DNA of 18,963 nucleotides. Source: a bacterium (GTDB taxonomy: Bacteria; JAMCPX01). The notes under the pieces were generated by a model. It ran no database searches, was not told the origin of the DNA, and was given only the letters and a program-made list of their open reading frames with translations. The position numbers were made by a program, and so were the translations under genes. Shown piece by piece: positions 17,250 through 18,963 of the stretch; position 1 is the first letter of the stretch; each line of letters begins with the position of its first letter. The stretch is taken from contig JBBIVV010000041.1 of NCBI GenBank assembly GCA_037439545.1, positions 1-18,963 of the forward strand, in the 5' to 3' direction.

Positions 17250-18589
17250 CCGACAAGAACATATCATTCGTATGCAGTTCATGTTCCTCTACCTCGCCAA
17301 AGTGGCTCGGGAGATGTCCTCAGTGCGGCGAATGGAATACTTTCGTGCAGGCAGTGCCAAGCAGCAGGCATGATAGTAAATCGTCGAAGCACGCAGAGAG
17401 CATAAAATTGGGAGCGATAACGACCCAGGGCTATGACCGGTTCTCGACGGGCATAGAGGAATTCGACAGGGTAGTGGGCGGCGGCATCGTCAAAGGTGCG
17501 TTGATCCTTATCGGCGGAGATCCCGGGATCGGAAAATCGACCCTTGCACTGGTAACGATGAACGGACTCATGCGGGAGGGGAAAAGGGTCCTCTATGTTA
17601 CCGGTGAAGAGTCGCTCCAACAGTTAAGGATCAGGGCGAAACGGTTAAACATAGACGAATCCATGGACGCACTTGCTGAAACGGAGCTCGATGTCATCCT
17701 CGACGTACTGGGGGAAAATAATCCGGACGTGGTCGTACTCGATTCCATTCAGACAATCGAGAGCATGACAACAGCAGCCCCGAGGGGAAGCGTTGCCCAG
17801 CTTAAGGAGATCACTGACAGGCTCATGCGCTTTTCGAAGCAGAACAACGTAAGCTTTATGATCGTAGGGCATGTCACGAAAGAAGGCGTGATAGCAGGTC
17901 CGAAGCTGCTGGAGCACATGGTTGACACTGTCCTTTATTTCGAGGGTGACAGAAACATGAATTTCCGGATACTCCGGGCGATAAAGAACAGGTTCGGGTC
18001 CACGAATGAGATAGGCGTGTTCGAAATGACGGAGGCAGGGCTGATAGAGATTATCAACCCGTCCGCGCTTTTTTTATCCGACAGGCAGGGGCAGAAGGAA
18101 GGCTCTGCGGTTTTTTCAAGCGTCGAAGGAACGAGGGCATTGCTCGTCGAGATACAATCGCTCGTCAGTCATAGTTACCTTGCCATGCCCAGGAGGACTG
18201 CCGTGGGCATAGACCAGACAAGGCTGTCCATGCTCATTGCAGTGCTCGATAAACGCGCAGGACTTAACCTCGGCAGTGAGGACATATACATCAATGTCGT
18301 CGGCGGCGTCAGCATCGATGAGCCTGCATCGGACCTGTGCGTCCTGTCCGCATTGGCATCGAGCTATAAACGCAAGCCCTTGCCCGCAGATGCAGTGTTC
18401 ATCGGCGAAGCAGGCCTGACCGGGGAAATAAGGGCTGTCGGGATGATTGAAAAGAGATTGAAAGAAGCGGAAAAGCTCGGGTTCAAGAAGGCGTATATGC
18501 CGGAAAGCAATACCAGAGGGATAAAAATACAGGGCATGGAGCTCGTCGCAATAAAAGATGTCGAAGCTTTGATGGAAAAATTATTTTAA
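17246..18589 (+). CDS. radA: DNA repair protein RadA/Sms
   Basis: Zinc finger CSSC...WLGRCPQCGEWNT, Walker A GDPGIGKST, DSIQT, GHVTKEG, KNRFG motif and Lon-like C-terminus. TTG start overlaps the oppF stop (TTGA). Confidence 0.97.
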   Translation: MTDKNISFVCSSCSSTSPKWLGRCPQCGEWNTFVQAVPSSRHDSKSSKHAESIKLGAITTQGYDRFSTGIEEFDRVVGGGIVKGALILIGGDPGIGKSTLALVTMNGLMREGKRVLYVTGEESLQQLRIRAKRLNIDESMDALAETELDVILDVLGENNPDVVVLDSIQTIESMTTAAPRGSVAQLKEITDRLMRFSKQNNVSFMIVGHVTKEGVIAGPKLLEHMVDTVLYFEGDRNMNFRILRAIKNRFGSTNEIGVFEMTEAGLIEIINPSALFLSDRQGQKEGSAVFSSVEGTRALLVEIQSLVSHSYLAMPRRTAVGIDQTRLSMLIAVLDKRAGLNLGSEDIYINVVGGVSIDEPASDLCVLSALASSYKRKPLPADAVFIGEAGLTGEIRAVGMIEKRLKEAEKLGFKKAYMPESNTRGIKIQGMELVAIKDVEALMEKLF

Positions 18590-18659
18590 ATTCCCAGAGA
18601 GAGTAGAGGGGTCACCCATTTATAGTTCGCTGTTTCTTCCTATTTCTCTTGTAAAGAGA

Positions 18660-18852
18660 TTTCCTGAGTTTCCCAATTAGTGCGGTTTTTTATCGAGGAA
18701 ACTACCAAGGGCAGTATCTACTGTATCCCCCTCTTTGGAAAAGAGGGGATAGGGGAGATTTTTATCTCTGCCTCCATCTACTTTCTTACTTGTAACCTGT
18801 TATTAAATCAATCCTTTTATTTTCGAACTGAAAAAATGGGAAACTCAGGAAA
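18660..18852. mobile_element. MITE-like element with perfect 16-bp terminal inverted repeats
   Basis: TTTCCTGAGTTTCCCA (18660-18675) and its exact reverse complement TGGGAAACTCAGGAAA (18837-18852). The 161-bp interior has no recognisable gene and contains a REP-like hairpin. No clear target-site duplication. Confidence 0.55.
18728..18762 (+). repeat. REP-like palindrome with G-rich tail
   Basis: CCCCTCTTT-gga-AAAGAGGGG (18728-18748) followed by ATAGGGGAGATTTT; same architecture as the copies near ndk. Confidence 0.7.
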
Positions 18853-18963
18853 ACCATCGGCGAAGCTGCTTCCGGCACATAAAGCTCCGTCCTCCATGAT
18901 TTTATCGTACCAGAAGGGGTGATCCCAAAAATGCAATCGGCCGGGTTATGCTTCCACGACAGG

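Noticed and set aside
18680..18922. 80-aa + strand ORF after radA
   Set aside because: Runs through the REP-like hairpin and the right TIR (IPLFGKEGIGEIF is a translation of the repeat); no SD or domain evidence.
18608..18926. Outer imperfect inverted repeat GGGGTCACCC / GGGTGATCCC around the MITE-like element
   Set aside because: Only a 9/10 match, with unequal distances to the TIRs; compatible with chance.

Overview
Bacterial window with a delta-proteobacterial-like gene content. Most of it (433-14432, + strand) is one tightly coupled 12-gene operon. The core chemosensory genes are cheY, cheA, two cheW, a very long (~64-heptad) MCP, cheR and cheB. Four accessory genes are interleaved: a DUF4388/PATAN-REC-GAF-like protein, a stand-alone ExeA-type AAA+ ATPase, a zinc-ribbon/atypical-REC protein whose C-terminus looks RomX-like, and a long HEAT-repeat protein. 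pyrD is translationally coupled at the end. Housekeeping genes follow: rlmN and ndk (-), then an OppF-like ABC ATPase and radA (+). The non-coding DNA holds a collapsed relic of an MNT-HEPN toxin-antitoxin pair (54-242, -), a family of REP-like palindromes, and a ~190-bp MITE-like element with perfect 16-bp terminal inverted repeats after radA. The leading hypothesis is a non-flagellar chemosensory pathway whose outputs connect to an MglA-type small-GTPase/polarity module. All family assignments come from motif recognition only; no database searches were run.
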